Assembly: GCA_951406725.2 (NCBI GenBank) | Contig: OX597821.1 | Coordinates: forward strand, 57,598,001 to 57,662,000 | Origin: Octopus vulgaris | Lineage: Eukaryota | Length of the DNA stretch: 64,000 nt | Reading direction: 5' to 3' | Part shown: positions 29,392-42,113 of the stretch, piece after piece | How positions within the stretch are numbered: position 1 is the stretch's first letter | Layout: every line of letters starts with the position of its first letter | Position numbers and translations under genes: made by a program | The notes under the pieces: model-generated | Database searches by the model: none | What the model was told of the DNA's origin: nothing | What the model saw: only the letters and a program-made list of their open reading frames with translations

Positions 29392-29400
<9 letters not shown>
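28985..29400. repeat. Near-perfect 202/203-bp inverted repeat with 11-nt spacer, between (TA)n tracts; Penelope-like pLTR candidate
   Basis: Arms 28985-29186 and 29198-29400; I noticed only a 1-nt homopolymer indel. Each arm has a hammerhead-like motif. Confidence 0.85.
29220..29258 (+). ncRNA. Variant minimal hammerhead-like motif (mirror copy at 29126-29164, minus)
   Basis: AAGAAA-T-TTGAAGA-GC(TAACT)GC-GAAA-CCGG-TA-TTTCTT. C3 is replaced by U, stem II is 2 bp, stem III A-CCGG-T is palindromic, triplet GUA. Stem I needs a bulge or mismatch next to the core. Confidence 0.5.
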
Positions 29401-29432
<32 letters not shown>

Positions 29433-29515
29433 GTGTGTGTGTGTTATATTTTATAGACTTATATATACACACAAACACACACATGTATACATACACACAC
29501 ACATATATATATACA

Positions 29516-29593
<78 letters not shown>

Positions 29594-29675
29594 CACTTTC
29601 AATATGTGACCGAGAGTGTACTGTTGGCGATTTTTTTCCTCCGTCTTCCCTTCCCTGGATCTTTCCTTTTCCTAT

Positions 29676-29710
29676 GTTTCTGACGAAGAGCTCCACTCGA
29701 AACGTTAAAT
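29676..29710 (+). ncRNA. Minimal hammerhead ribozyme motif in a ~210-bp element between (TA)n runs (29595-29805)
   Basis: GTTT-CTGACGA-A-GAG(CTCCA)CTC-GAAA-CG-TT-AAAT; palindromic AACGTT stem III; weak 4-bp stem I. Confidence 0.6.
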
Positions 29711-31872
29711 CCTCCTTCTTTCTTTCCTTTTCTGAGCGTCCAATAACATTATACTTGTTCCACGTCCTCGAGTTGTGTTTTCTTTTTGTTTTCATGATTA
29801 ACTATATATATACATAGACAGACACACACCACACACATATAAGTGAACTCCACCGCCACACCTTGCAAGTAAGCGGCAGCAGGTTAATGGGAACGGCTGG
29901 AACAAATGCTAAGATCCAACGAGCTGGATTAGAAACAACGCTATAATACATTATTTCAGGCATCTGGAATGATGCATTTATGGCTTCCATACGCATCAAG
30001 TTAAATGCTCTGTGAGGTTTGGAGATCCCTTCCGACCCTTAGGCACTACTGGGCATTCTCATACAAAATCAAATGTATTCACTTAATCTTGCTATTGGGC
30101 ATATTCCGTGAAAGCGAGATGGTATGTCTGATGTGCGTGCAGATCTTTATTACGTTTAAAAAAATCCCGCGCCAGTCCTCTTTTCTGTGTCTAACTGATA
30201 AGACTGAGTCACATTTAATACAGAGACCGATAACTAAAGGTCAAATAGTCTTGTTGTAATGAATGGAGGTGTTTTGCACATAAGGAACAATAAAATGCTA
30301 ACATTTTCGTATTTTCAGGTGCATTGAATGTGTACATTAGTTGAAAGCATTTACAGGTTATTTGCTATCACATACGATGGGGCTGTATAGTGTATCATGG
30401 TTTTTGTTGATGAATAATGGCTGAAACTTTCTTGAGCGACAAATGATTAATCTTTCATTGCGGCCGTTGGGCTGTAAGACATTTACAACAATGAACTACC
30501 GACATTTCTGTAGCATGGAGGATGTATCAAAGAGGGAAACAATTGAGACCCTCTTTTTCTCCAGCATGCATGCGTCCCCTTTCGACATACCGTAGAGTCA
30601 GGTGCAATTTCTTCAACGGACGGATATGGATATTTTCGACTTCTTGTGTTCTTTTCTTTCTGATTTTATTTGTAGTTTGCCTTTCTTTTTTCCCTTCTTT
30701 CTTTCTTCCATTTATTTATTTATTTTGCCTCTTGTTAGGACATATTCATAAACGTGTGTGTGCGTGCATGTGTGTGCATATTTATTCATATGTATATAAT
30801 GGTTTCCAATTTTGGTACAAGCGCAGCAATTTCAGGGGAGACGATGGTATTGACCCCCAGCGCTCAACTAGTATTTTTTTAACAACCCCAAAAGGATGAA
30901 AGGTAAAGACAGATGAAATTTCGCTAAGCATTTTTGTCCGGTGTGCTAACCATTCTAACAGCTCGCCGCCGTATGTATGTATTTAATGCATTAAGATATA
31001 CTTATTTCTCTTTCCAATATTTAATGCGTCCTGCCATATTAAATTGTCAGTTTGATTTTACAGATATAACGGTAGTATTTGAGTTTCAATGAAATTTCAT
31101 TCCTTTTCAATAAATTCCTGGTTGGTTTTCCTAAAATTTTTGCTAACGCTGGGAATAATTGCTACCTTGTTACAACTGATGAAAGAAGACGATAGAAAAA
31201 TAATTACAAGCATCCTTGTTCAGGGAAATATAAATACTAGACTAAGACAGAAACCGATCCTTTTTATGTATTCTTGTTCTGTATAAAAGATGGCAGTGCT
31301 TAATGCGTTCGTTCCTAATTTGTAAAGAAAGATCGTCACTTATAAAATAGTGAACTATAAAAAGGAAACAAAACAGTGAAATAACTTTTAAACAATTATA
31401 AGAAAAACCGAAATAAATAGAGAAATGACTTTCAATAATTTAATAATACTTAAAAATCTATAAAAACGATTGGATGTAGTGAAATGCGAATGTTCTTTGA
31501 ATTGTTCTCCATGTGGATAATATTTCTTTCATTTTTTTTTTGTGTTTCAAATTGCGATAACGATGTTTTAAGACAGTGAAAGTGAGACAGGCAAGCAGAA
31601 GTGACAAAGAAGTGAATTTAAGACAGGGATTGTAAGAAGCGCAGGAAATTGCAGTGAATAAGGGCTGTAGCAAATGAGCTGTGAGGTCTGAGCAAAACTA
31701 GCATCCCCAATGAACAATAAAAGCAACATGATAATTAAAATACACTAAGATTAGAGTTTGTATGATTATCATATCATTTTAGATTGAACCAAATTGTTGC
31801 ATGGGTTAGAGATTGCCTATAATCAGACATTACGATCATTGTCTGTAAATGTGACAATTATTCGGTAGCCAT

Positions 31873-31933
31873 GATAAAACTCCGAGTTTCAGATGCCGAG
31901 ATGGAAATCCACGCCGCCATCTCTTCAGTTATC
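31873..31933 (-). ncRNA. Hammerhead ribozyme motif (inverted copy)
   Basis: GAUAA-CUGAAGA-GAUG...CAUC(U)-GAAA-CUCGGAG-UU-UUAUC. Confidence 0.75.
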
Positions 31934-31975
31934 CGGCCATCGGGGTCATTTTTCATAGTATTTTTCCGATGACCG

Positions 31976-32036
31976 GATAACTGAAGAGATGGCGGCGTGG
32001 ATTTCCACCCCAGCGTCTGAAACTCGGAGTTTTATC
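31976..32036 (+). ncRNA. Type-I hammerhead ribozyme motif
   Basis: Stem I GATAA/TTATC; CTGAAGA 31981-31987; extended stem II GATG..GTGGA(T)TTCCAC..CGTC; GAAA 32019-32022; stem III A-CTC(G)GAG-T; triplet GUU. Confidence 0.78.
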
Positions 32037-32071
32037 ATGGCTACCGAACAATTGTCACATATTACACTTAC

Positions 32072-32112
<41 letters not shown>

Positions 32113-32579
32113 TGACCGTTTATCTTTTCAATCATTAGATTACGGCCATGTTGAGGCCACATCCTGATAAATTTTAGTCGAACATTTCAACCCCAGTACT
32201 TATATTTTAAGGTCTGGTATTCGTTCTCTTTGTCTCTTTTGCTGAACCACTAAGTTACAGAAACGTAAAAGACCCAAACCAGTTGTCAACGTGGGGGAAG
32301 GATAAATATAGACGCGCATGCATATAGACATATGTACACAAAAGGCTTCCACACAATTTCCGTCTACCAGATTCACTCACTTATCACTGGTTCGCCCCGT
32401 GATTTAATAGAACACAGTTGCTGAAGATGCTGCACGGGTGGGACTGAATCCGAAACACGTGGTTACAAAGCGATCTTCTTAACAACGCAGTCATATATGT
32501 ATGTAGGTATGTATGTATATGTGTGTTTTTTTTTGTGTGTGTGTGTCTATGTACGCATGTGTATGTATATATATATATA

Positions 32580-32613
<34 letters not shown>

Positions 32614-32732
32614 TATATATATATACACACACACACGTATATATAAATGTATAATGAATACATGTATGTGCACGTTTATATACGTACATATATAAGTATA
32701 CATCATACATACATACATACATATATGTATAC

Positions 32733-32813
<81 letters not shown>

Positions 32814-33294
32814 GTCTATTTATTGCAATGCATGTATCGTTATTTGTTTGTCATGTGTCTTCTTCATATGGATCAAAATTATTCCAGCTGTGGTAATTTC
32901 GTGTTTTCCCTCAGGCATTGTTTACCATGGATTGCGTTAAAATGTGTGATTACAAGCTTTCTTTAAGACAGCACGGAGTGACAAGAACGATATTCTGTCG
33001 ATATAAATCCCCATTCCATACGCTTCCTACTTTAATTGTTGCAAAATTAAAATTTGTAACGTATGTATCAAATCAATAAATATTTTATATTCCCCATAAG
33101 TGGTATACTAAGGAAACATTATTGTTGATTTGAATTTGATTAGCAAAACAAGGGTTGTATCTTATAAATTTCTTTGGTGTTCAGCTCTAATATAGCAGCC
33201 ATATCACTTGTTTTCGAGCGAGTAGGTCATAATTGGAGGACATTGTATCAGACTAAGTAACCCCGTTGAGTCTTCCTGGTTGAGTCGTGTATAC

Positions 33295-33385
<91 letters not shown>

Positions 33386-33600
33386 AGAAAAAAATCACCT
33401 TTTATCGATTCAATACTGAAAAAATGAATTATACCAGTTAGAAAAATGACATATTATACAAAAATTAAATATAAGATAAAACATATAACAATTAAATATA
33501 ACAATTCTAATTTATATATATATATATTATATTTTGTGAAATTTGATTTAGTACTTCTAAATTGAATTTTTCCCTGTAAGTTTGGAATAATATTCCCTCA

Positions 33601-33688
<88 letters not shown>

Positions 33689-34604
33689 CTGTATATATGT
33701 ATGTATGTATACATATATATGTTTGTGTATATGTCTGTATGTGTGTCTGTGTGTGTACACATAAGTATATACGTAAACATCTATGGACGTACATATTGAG
33801 GGATTTTAGGTAAGTTATGTTCTAGTCTTATTTGATTAGGGATTTTGTCATTTACTAAAATTCTTTTAAAAAATGCATTGCAGGAAGTAAGTTATAATAA
33901 AAAAAAATTGTTTCCAGATATTTCCCATTTTGAGATTGAAATGTTTTGGCAATGAAGTAATACCTTTTGTTAAAGATATTGATCATTAAGCAGAACTTTT
34001 TAAAGAGAAAATTTAATTTATTTATGGAGATTCATATCTGAAATGAAATATGATCGTCTGCTATAGTCTTTGACAGACTATCAATGTTTTGCTATAAATT
34101 TCATTCTTTATCAAATACTTTGATTCTGAAGGAAACCTGTCCTTTTACTGAATAATCATTTGATAGAAACCAGTTATAAAATATTAAATTTCTATAAGAA
34201 TTTCATATTTAAATTACTCGGAGTTTATGCACTAGAAGATATGAATTAATACCGGAAGAAAAAAAAAAACTTATGTTTCGCGTTATGACGAATAACATTG
34301 CATGACGAAATGATGACAGCTTTCACCGGCGAACGTCTCAAAATTAGTGATTTATATGTACCAGACAAAAAGTTATAAAGTTATTTAAGTTCTAAAATAA
34401 AAAAAAATTAGATAGTGAAAGAAAAGTGAAAGAAAAAATACAATAGTACATTGCATATTGCATTCCCACACTGCAATGTATACGTTCACATACACACACA
34501 GACATACATGTACATACACGCATAGACATACATGCACTCACTTTGATACCCATAGATCATCAGTCATATTGTGATCTGATAGCCCAAAATGACATGTAAG
34601 TAGT

Positions 34605-34874
34605 TTAGCACATCAAATTTTTCATTCGCAGTTCCTCCTCCAGAGGGCGCTGATCGTTATTACACCGAAACATCTTGACAATGGCTAACCTGAAACGTCG
34701 GTTAAGCGCAACATAAATTAATGGGTTGTAAGATGCTGATGACTTGGCAAACAAGGACGGCAGTATTTGAACAGAATTTGGTATGTAGTCAGGATGGCCG
34801 TAAATTGACCAGAGACAAATCACAGCATATGGCATCCATGCGATTATGAAACATATTATGGCTATGGCACACAT
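34605..34874 (-). CDS. RRH: Peropsin-type opsin, terminal coding exon (TM6-TM7, helix 8, C-terminus)
   Basis: Translates MCAIAIICFIIAWMPYAVICLWSIYGHPDYIPNSVQILPSLFAKSSASYNPLIYVALNRRFRLAIVKMFRC...*. It has the class A GPCR WxPY and NPxxY motifs, the retinal-binding Lys in LFAKSS (K296 equivalent) and the peropsin-like NRRFR helix 8. It is preceded by the acceptor ttttacag|ATG in phase 0, matching the donor of the exon at 44056. Confidence 0.92.
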   Translation of the reverse strand: MCAIAIICFIIAWMPYAVICLWSIYGHPDYIPNSVQILPSLFAKSSASYNPLIYVALNRRFRLAIVKMFRCNNDQRPLEEELRMKNLMC

Positions 34875-37314
34875 CTGTAAAAGACAAATGATAATATAAA
34901 TAAATAGATAGATAAGCTGAACTACTGTAATAAATAAGTAAACATGATAAGAAAATTATTGCAATAAATCATTGAATATGTTAGAATATTACATTTGAAA
35001 CATAAACATAAAAATACTCTACAACGTAAGGTATTTTTGTATTCATATTTCAAATATATTCTATATAAAAACATTTGTCACATAAACCCAAAGCAATTCA
35101 AGGGCACTCGATTTATAAAATTAATGAAGAAGTTACTAAAAATGGTATCTGTTACTAATTATTTAAATCAATGATAATGCATGTATTGCATAAAGTATTA
35201 AAAAGTTAACTGGAGTTAATTGTGATGAAAAAAACCAGTATTTGATAATAGTTATTATTGCTTTAATTATTCGATAAGCAAAAAAGACAAATTCATTGTT
35301 AATTTTGTAAGGTCTAGTGTTCCTCGCAATATCCATATGGAATTAGGAAACCATTTGAAAATATTATTTCTTTTTTAAATTGTTGTTCTTAAAGGTTTTT
35401 TTTTTTTTCAAAAGAACGTTAAGATCTACGAGCGGAAACTCGTAGAAAATAAGATTTAGGGAGTCGCTTTTATGATTCGATCCGTTTCTGTAGCTATTTC
35501 AAATTTCACTTATCTTTCATCATTTATGAGTTGAGTATAACTAAGAAACTAGCCACTTCCCTCTTTTCAACAGTCGGTTAGTGTATCTCCTGACGTAAAA
35601 TATCAGCCCCACCATGGAGAGAATGCTCATAGCTTAGTACTTGAAATGTTGCAGTAACAATCGCAAAATCGTGGTTCTCGAGCAAAACGTTTTATTTCAC
35701 GTTACTCCAAACCACTCGGCTGTAAATGAATAACTGTGCAATGGACTGGTGTCCCGTTCAGGGTGAAATGTTGTGATTTCGGTCACTTAGACTCCTCAGA
35801 AACTGGGCAACCGGTTCTTTGAGTTCTATGACTCGGTGTTACGATTTCCTATTTTCCAATCGCGTTCACACTGTCAAAGTGGCAACAGGATGTTTGCGCG
35901 ATAACGTTGTTAGATGTAATAGCTCTTGATATACCAATGTTAGATGTAATAACTTCGTATATAAATCAGGATTACATATCATATTCTGACATGCAGCAAT
36001 TAATTGTATATGATGCAGTTTTGCAGTTGCGTACTGGGGTCGATCTAATCGACTGACCCTTTCCCTCAAAATTTCGGTCCTTGTTCCTAGCGTAGAAAAG
36101 AGTATTACACATCAACTGCTATGCAAATTTGACAGGTTAATTACTTTTCCTTGTGATGTGCTTAGAGTATATATAGGTATATTCTCTCTGTGGACAGAAA
36201 GGGTTAACCGATTTCTCATGAGACTTTAATGAATGCTGCAAGTATCCAGACAGATTTTCTTTGTTTGGTCCCGGAGGAAAACACCTATGGCTTAACAATG
36301 GCGTCTATTTTTCTCACTGTGTTTATTATAAATGATCGTTCAAAGCTTTACCATCCATTTCTACACACACAGTAGCACACACGTGCACACATGCTCGCAC
36401 ACTCACACACACGCAGAAGCACACATACACACATACACAAACATTCACATGTTGTGTATGCCCACTCTCATACAGACATGCAAATAGCAAAGTTATACGA
36501 CGACACACTGGAGCAAATGCCTTAATGCAAATTTGCCTCTTATGTATTCACACATATCAGAATAAAAAAGTATAAACATATTTACATTCAATACACATAG
36601 ATACACAACTATACATATACAGCGTTCTTAAACTATTCTAATAGATGTATAGTATAATAGTCTTCATTCGATGTTGGTTTTATGCTCTCTCTCTCCTTTT
36701 TAATCGCAATATAATCTGTCACAGCAGACAAATATACAAGTACAAAATTGTAAACACTAGCATAAAAGAAGGAGAGAAAATGAATCACTTTCTTAATATG
36801 TTTGAACAGGTTAGAAAAGAAAAGTGATCAATTGCTTAAATCTTTGATTCTATCCTATCTTCTTATTTTCTTTCTCTATTTCTGCATTAGAAAATAGAAA
36901 CGTATATTTTGAACAGATATATACATATTCTGGAAGTGTGAATAATATACATATAACGTTTTCTACTCTAGGTACAAGGCTCGAAATTTTTGGAGAGGGG
37001 GCAAGTTGATCTGAGCAACCACAGTACACAACTGGTACTTAGTTTATCAACCCTGTAATAAATGCCCAAAGCTTTCTTCCCAACTACATGTTTCTGGTTT
37101 CAATTCCACTGCGTGGCACCATGGGCAATTGTCTTCTACAATAGCCTCGGGCCGACCAAAGCCTTATAAGTGGATTTGGTAGACGGAAACTGAAAGGAGC
37201 CCGTCGTATATATATGTGTGTGTGTGTGTCTCTGTGTGTGCGTGCGTGCTTGTGTGTGTGCGTGCGTGCGTGTGTACGTGTGTGCGTGCGTGCATGTGTG
37301 TGTGCGTGCGTATA

Positions 37315-37357
<43 letters not shown>

Positions 37358-37669
37358 CTGTGTGTCTGTGTGCCTGTGTGTCTGTGTGTCTGCGTTTGTT
37401 CCCCACCACCGTCTGAAAGCAGGTTTTGTTATGTTTATATCACTGTAACATAATAGTTCGGCAAAAGAACCGATAGTGTAAGAACTAGCCTTATAAAAAA
37501 TAAATTAAGTACTCCGTTTCTTAAAAATCGTTGTAAAGGCCTTGGCCTCATGATAGCAAAGGAGAATGGGCACCAGCCAACCCAAAGGTTGGGGTACGCT
37601 GCACCTGCCTACCTCAGTTGCTATAGCATTGAGGTAGATCTGGCCACCCCCAATTAACGGGGACAAAAC

Positions 37670-38378
37670 TGGTTTGCTTGCTCGTCACCGCTCAACTCAT
37701 CGACACAAGCAACGACTTCTTCACCGAATCGTTACTGGCGACGAAAAATGGTGCCTGTACATCAATATGAAGCAGGGTAAGGAATGGCTTAGCCCCGGTA
37801 AACAAGCGACACCGCACGTGAAACAAGATCTTCATCCGCGTAAAACGATTGTGTGTATGGTGGGACTAAGAAGGGATTATCCATTACGAATTGCTTGAAC
37901 GGAACCAAACGGTCAACGCGGAACTCTATGTTCAACAGATTGAACGACTCAACAAGGCTATTCAAGAGAAAAGACCTAATCGTCAACATGGAGTTCTTCT
38001 GCTGCACGACAACGCCCACCCTCATATAGCCAATATGACCAAGGAAGCCATTCAAATTCATGGATGGGAAGTGATGCCACACCCGCTGTACTCTCTTGAT
38101 TTGGCACCAACGGATTTCCACGTCTTTCGATCTCTTTCAAATGCTATGCACGGAGTTTCGTTCAATACTGATGCAGAATTGTGATCTTGGTTGGATCAAT
38201 TTTTCAAGTCAAAATCGGGTGATTTCTACCAACGAGGTATTGAATCTTGTTGAACGTTGGGGAGAAGTTGTAAACAACAAGCGGTAATACATTATTGATT
38301 AATTTGTTGTTATTTTTTATTAAACCTTTAAAAATTTTTAATTAAAAAAACCGCTGGAACTTAGTTGCCAACCCAATA
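37670..38378 (+). mobile_element. 5'-truncated mariner transposon with frameshifted DD34D transposase and 3' TIR
   Basis: RIVTGDEKW, LLHDNAHPH and HPLYSLDLAPTDFHVF motifs across frames. Right TIR ...GGAACTTAGTTGCCAACCCAA followed by TA. Confidence 0.92.
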
Positions 38379-38379
38379 T

Positions 38380-39292
38380 ATGCAAAGTACTTTAATTCTT
38401 CATGTAACTGAATATCACCTGATTTATATATTTATAAATATAGAACTAGAGGGTAAGACTAATTAGATCCAACACTAAAAATATTAAAAGTTAGTTTCCA
38501 TCAATTCAGTTCAAGCAGAAAGCTTATAAATCGCTAATTTCGAAAATATTTAAATGTACGGGTGACACTATGTACGCGTAAGTAAGAGCGAGATCTGTCT
38601 ATTCTATGACTGCTCCCCAGAATCGTGACTTGATTATTAGGTATGTTCCTATTTCCAGTAGTTTTCATATATATGAAGGGAGGAGTAACCAGAACTTTCT
38701 CATAATTGTCTTTATTATCTAACCGAAGCTTCGTTCCAGTTTTAGCATCCAATTTCCTGTTGTTGCTTACTCTATTATTATTTAAATTGTTGGGTTTGTA
38801 GGATGCTTTTCCATTAAGTATTTTTATCTTACAACTAAGTAAATTAGTACTCCCTCTGTTATTCAAACTCTCATTATCTCCACTATTAAAAGGTGCTAAA
38901 TTTTTAGGACTAAGAAAAGTAATTTCCTGGTCATATCCCGCCTTCGACAAAGCAAAATTGTAGTGGTGGGAATGGGTATTGAAGATATCATTATTTGCTG
39001 ATAATATTGTAATTCTCCTAGAAATACTTTTAATTATAGATTTTAACACATTAGTGGGGTGATTTGATAACTTGCTCACGTATTTCGTAATTTCACCTGG
39101 TTTCCTATAGGGGTGATATAATCCTGAGTTAATGCCTAAAGTAGTATCTAAGGAATCTACTACTTTGTGCCACAGAATTAGAAAATTATTTAACAGCTTC
39201 AGCTTAGGTGTTACGTATGAATATGGCACAAAAGTAGTAAATTTCTTAGATATTATTTTAGACATTAGCTCAGGATTATAGCACCCCTATAG
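38380..39292 (-). mobile_element. Penelope-like retroelement RT relic with 5' inversion
   Basis: Minus ORF 39265-38534 contains GLYHPYRKPGEITKYVSKLSNHP..LKSIIKSISRRITILS...YNFALSKAGY, the PLE RT thumb signature. Plus strand 39174-39292 encodes the upstream RT segment RIRKLFNSFSLGVTYEYGTKVVNFLDIILDISSGL. Inverted arms 39105-39172 and 39224-39292. Confidence 0.85.
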
Positions 39293-39415
39293 TTACTTAC
39301 ACTTAAAAGAAAATATATAGAATGTAGTCTTCAGCCATGTAGAATCAAATCCACTAGGAGCTCTCAAAGTGCCTCAATTTAAGTACCTAATTCATCGGAA
39401 TCTTAAATATACATA

Positions 39416-41043
39416 CAGTTGCGGCCAAAATGTTCAGAACGGCATTATTTTCGTCAGAAAAGTAGGTATAAGTTTTTATCAAAGTTGTTTCATATTCTAT
39501 AATTTCCACAGACAATAAATACAATATTATTTGTTATTGTCTGAGATTTTGGTGTAATTTGAGAGGATAATACAAAAGTTATGGATGATTTAGTGATTTA
39601 CCGCAAAACCCATGGCGGCCAAAATGATAAGAACGGTTGTTTTACTCCGTGTTTTAGCATATTTAACCGGCGAACTCTAATGTTTTGAATTTGTTTACGT
39701 GACGGTTCGTTTACTAAACATTAGTAAGAATATCTGCAGTGTACTTTGTTAATATAATGCCACTTACTCCGTTACCAATTCGTCAGCAGATTATTAAGCT
39801 TCGAAAGAAGGATAATTTAAGTATTGGGTCTATTGCAAAGATTGTTAACAAGTCAAAAAGTGTTGTTTACGGTATTCTTAAGGTCTACAATGATTGTGGT
39901 TCGTGTGAAGCTAGAAAGTCTACAGCTAGGCCAAGAAAAACGGCCCAAGAGAGAAGATCGTGCTATGGTAAAGTTGGTTAAAAAGGACAGATTTAAAATT
40001 GCTGCTGCTGTTTCTCAGGAAATGAGCATTGTACTGAAGAAAACTTTATCTCGAAAAACTGTGTCTTGTCGTTTAGTTGAACATGGCCTACAAGCAAGAG
40101 CACCTGCAGTGAAGCCACTGATCAGCTCCAAGAATAAAAAGTGTTGTCTTACCTTTGCAACTGAACATGTGTTGTGGTCTCAAGAAAAATGGCAAACGTT
40201 GCATTTCAGTGATGAATCTAAGTTTATGTTATTTGGCTCAGATGGGAAAAGGTACGTTTGTCGAAAAGTAGGTGAAAAATTGTCACCTAAATGCCTTAAG
40301 GATAGTGTTAAATTCGGTGGAGGAAGTGTCATGATTTGGGGGATGATATTTGAAGATGGTGTGGGCCCTTTGGTGCGATTACATGGAAAGGTAAATGCAG
40401 GAGTTTATAAACAACTTGTAAAAGATCATGTCTTGCCTGTGCTGAGAAATTCAACCAAGCGACCACCCATATTCATGCAGGACAATGCGCCATGTCACAA
40501 GGCTAAGGTGGTCATGAACTTCCTCAAGGTTGAAAAGGTTATTGTTATGGATGGCCAGCTCAAAGCCCAGATCTCAATCCTATTGAAAATGTGTGGAATA
40601 TTCTAGGAAAACGTTCGAAAGCAAGAAATCCTAAAACAACCGAGGAATTATGGGATGCCCTTCAGGAAGAATGGAATAAGATCACCCAGCAAGAAATTGA
40701 AAATTTAATTTCCTCATGCAGTCGAAGATGTCAAAGTGTGATTGAAGCTAAACGGCTTCACACTAAATATTAAATATTTCCAGTATTCTCTGTCATTTTT
40801 GATTATTTTGTTATTTTTTCAACCGTTCTGATCATTTTGGCCGCCATGGGTTTTGCAGTAAATCACTAAATCATCCATAACTGTTGTATTATCCTCTCAA
40901 ATTACACCACAATCTCAGACAATAACAATTAATATTACATTTATTCTCTGTGAAAAGTATAGAATATAAAACAACTTTGATAAAAACTTATACCTACTTT
41001 TCTGACGAAAACAATGACGTTCTGAACATTTTGGCCGCAACTG
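39416..41043 (+). mobile_element. Full-length Tc1-family transposon (1628 bp) with 224-bp IR/DR-type TIRs and TA target duplication
   Basis: TA|CAGTTGCGGCCAAAATG...CATTTTGGCCGCAACTG|TA. TIRs 39416-39639 and 40820-41043, each with outer and inner copies of GCGGCCAAAATG.T.AGAACG. Confidence 0.96.
39757..40773 (+). pseudogene. Tc1 transposase (DD34E) with two frameshifts
   Basis: MPLTPLPIRQQII..HTH; FSDESKF; KFGGGSVMIWG; MQDNAPCH followed by 34 residues to E in (W)PAQSPDLNPIENVW; ends RRCQSVIEAKRLHTKY*. Frameshifts near 39945 and 40555. Confidence 0.93.
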
Positions 41044-41177
41044 TATATACATACATATAAGTTCAGCAAAATTTAGATTCAAATGAATATGGTACTTAAG
41101 TTAGATGCACCAGAATTTTGTATGGTGTTGTCCATATAAATCCATGGGGTGCTTGACTACATATATGCACACACAGA

Positions 41178-41242
<65 letters not shown>

Positions 41243-41243
41243 T

Positions 41244-41285
<42 letters not shown>

Positions 41286-41313
41286 CATACATATATATAT
41301 GTATATATATATT

Positions 41314-41363
<50 letters not shown>

Positions 41364-41778
41364 AGAGAGACAGACGGACAGACAGACAAACAAGTAGATA
41401 GGTGTGTGTGTGTGTTCAGGCACACACTTCTTTGTTCAATGAAGCCATCAAATACAAACGAAAGCGAAAGTAACAACCAGCTTTGTGAAAAAAAATGTGT
41501 AACAATACTGTAAATGTAATATTGTTAAGAATGGAATACAAAATGCCGTGTTAAATCTTTGTCACGCAAAGCACCTATTCGGTCAACGTTTTATCTTTTA
41601 TCTTCGTTAACTTTTACTCGTTTCACCCATTTGACTGCGACCATACTGTGGCACAGATTTGGAGGGATTTAGTCGAACAATCGACGCCCGAACTTACGCT
41701 TTTTTTAAGTTTGCTACTTAAAACGAGGACGTAAAAAATCAACAGCGGTGGTCATGCGCTGGGTCGGACAAGCACACT

Positions 41779-41831
<53 letters not shown>

Positions 41832-42113
41832 ACACACTCGTTATGTACGATTCTGCCAGCGGTGACCCGGCAGAATCGTTAGCACGCCGGGCAAAATACT
41901 TAACGACATTTCGACCGAGGTCAACTTCACCTTTTGTCCTTTCGAAGTCGATGAAATAAGTACTGTTCGAGTGCAGGGGTCAATATAATCGACTTACCTC
42001 CTCCCTAAAATTGCTGTCCCTGAGCCTAGAATTGAAACCGATATTTATGATCGTTACCTTTAACGATATTATTTATTTGTAATATTATTTTTACTTTACA
42101 TATAATAAATATT

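Larger units (their letters stand above)
31849..32060. repeat. ~95-bp inverted repeat (22-nt spacer) carrying a hammerhead on each strand, next to (TA)n
   Basis: Arms 31849-31943 and 31966-32060. Confidence 0.88.

Noticed and set aside
33381-33600. AT-rich insert between (TA)n and (ATT)n with a 9-bp inverted match (AATTTAGAA/TTCTAAATT)
   Set aside because: It could be another pLTR fragment, but the match is too short and no ribozyme core is present.
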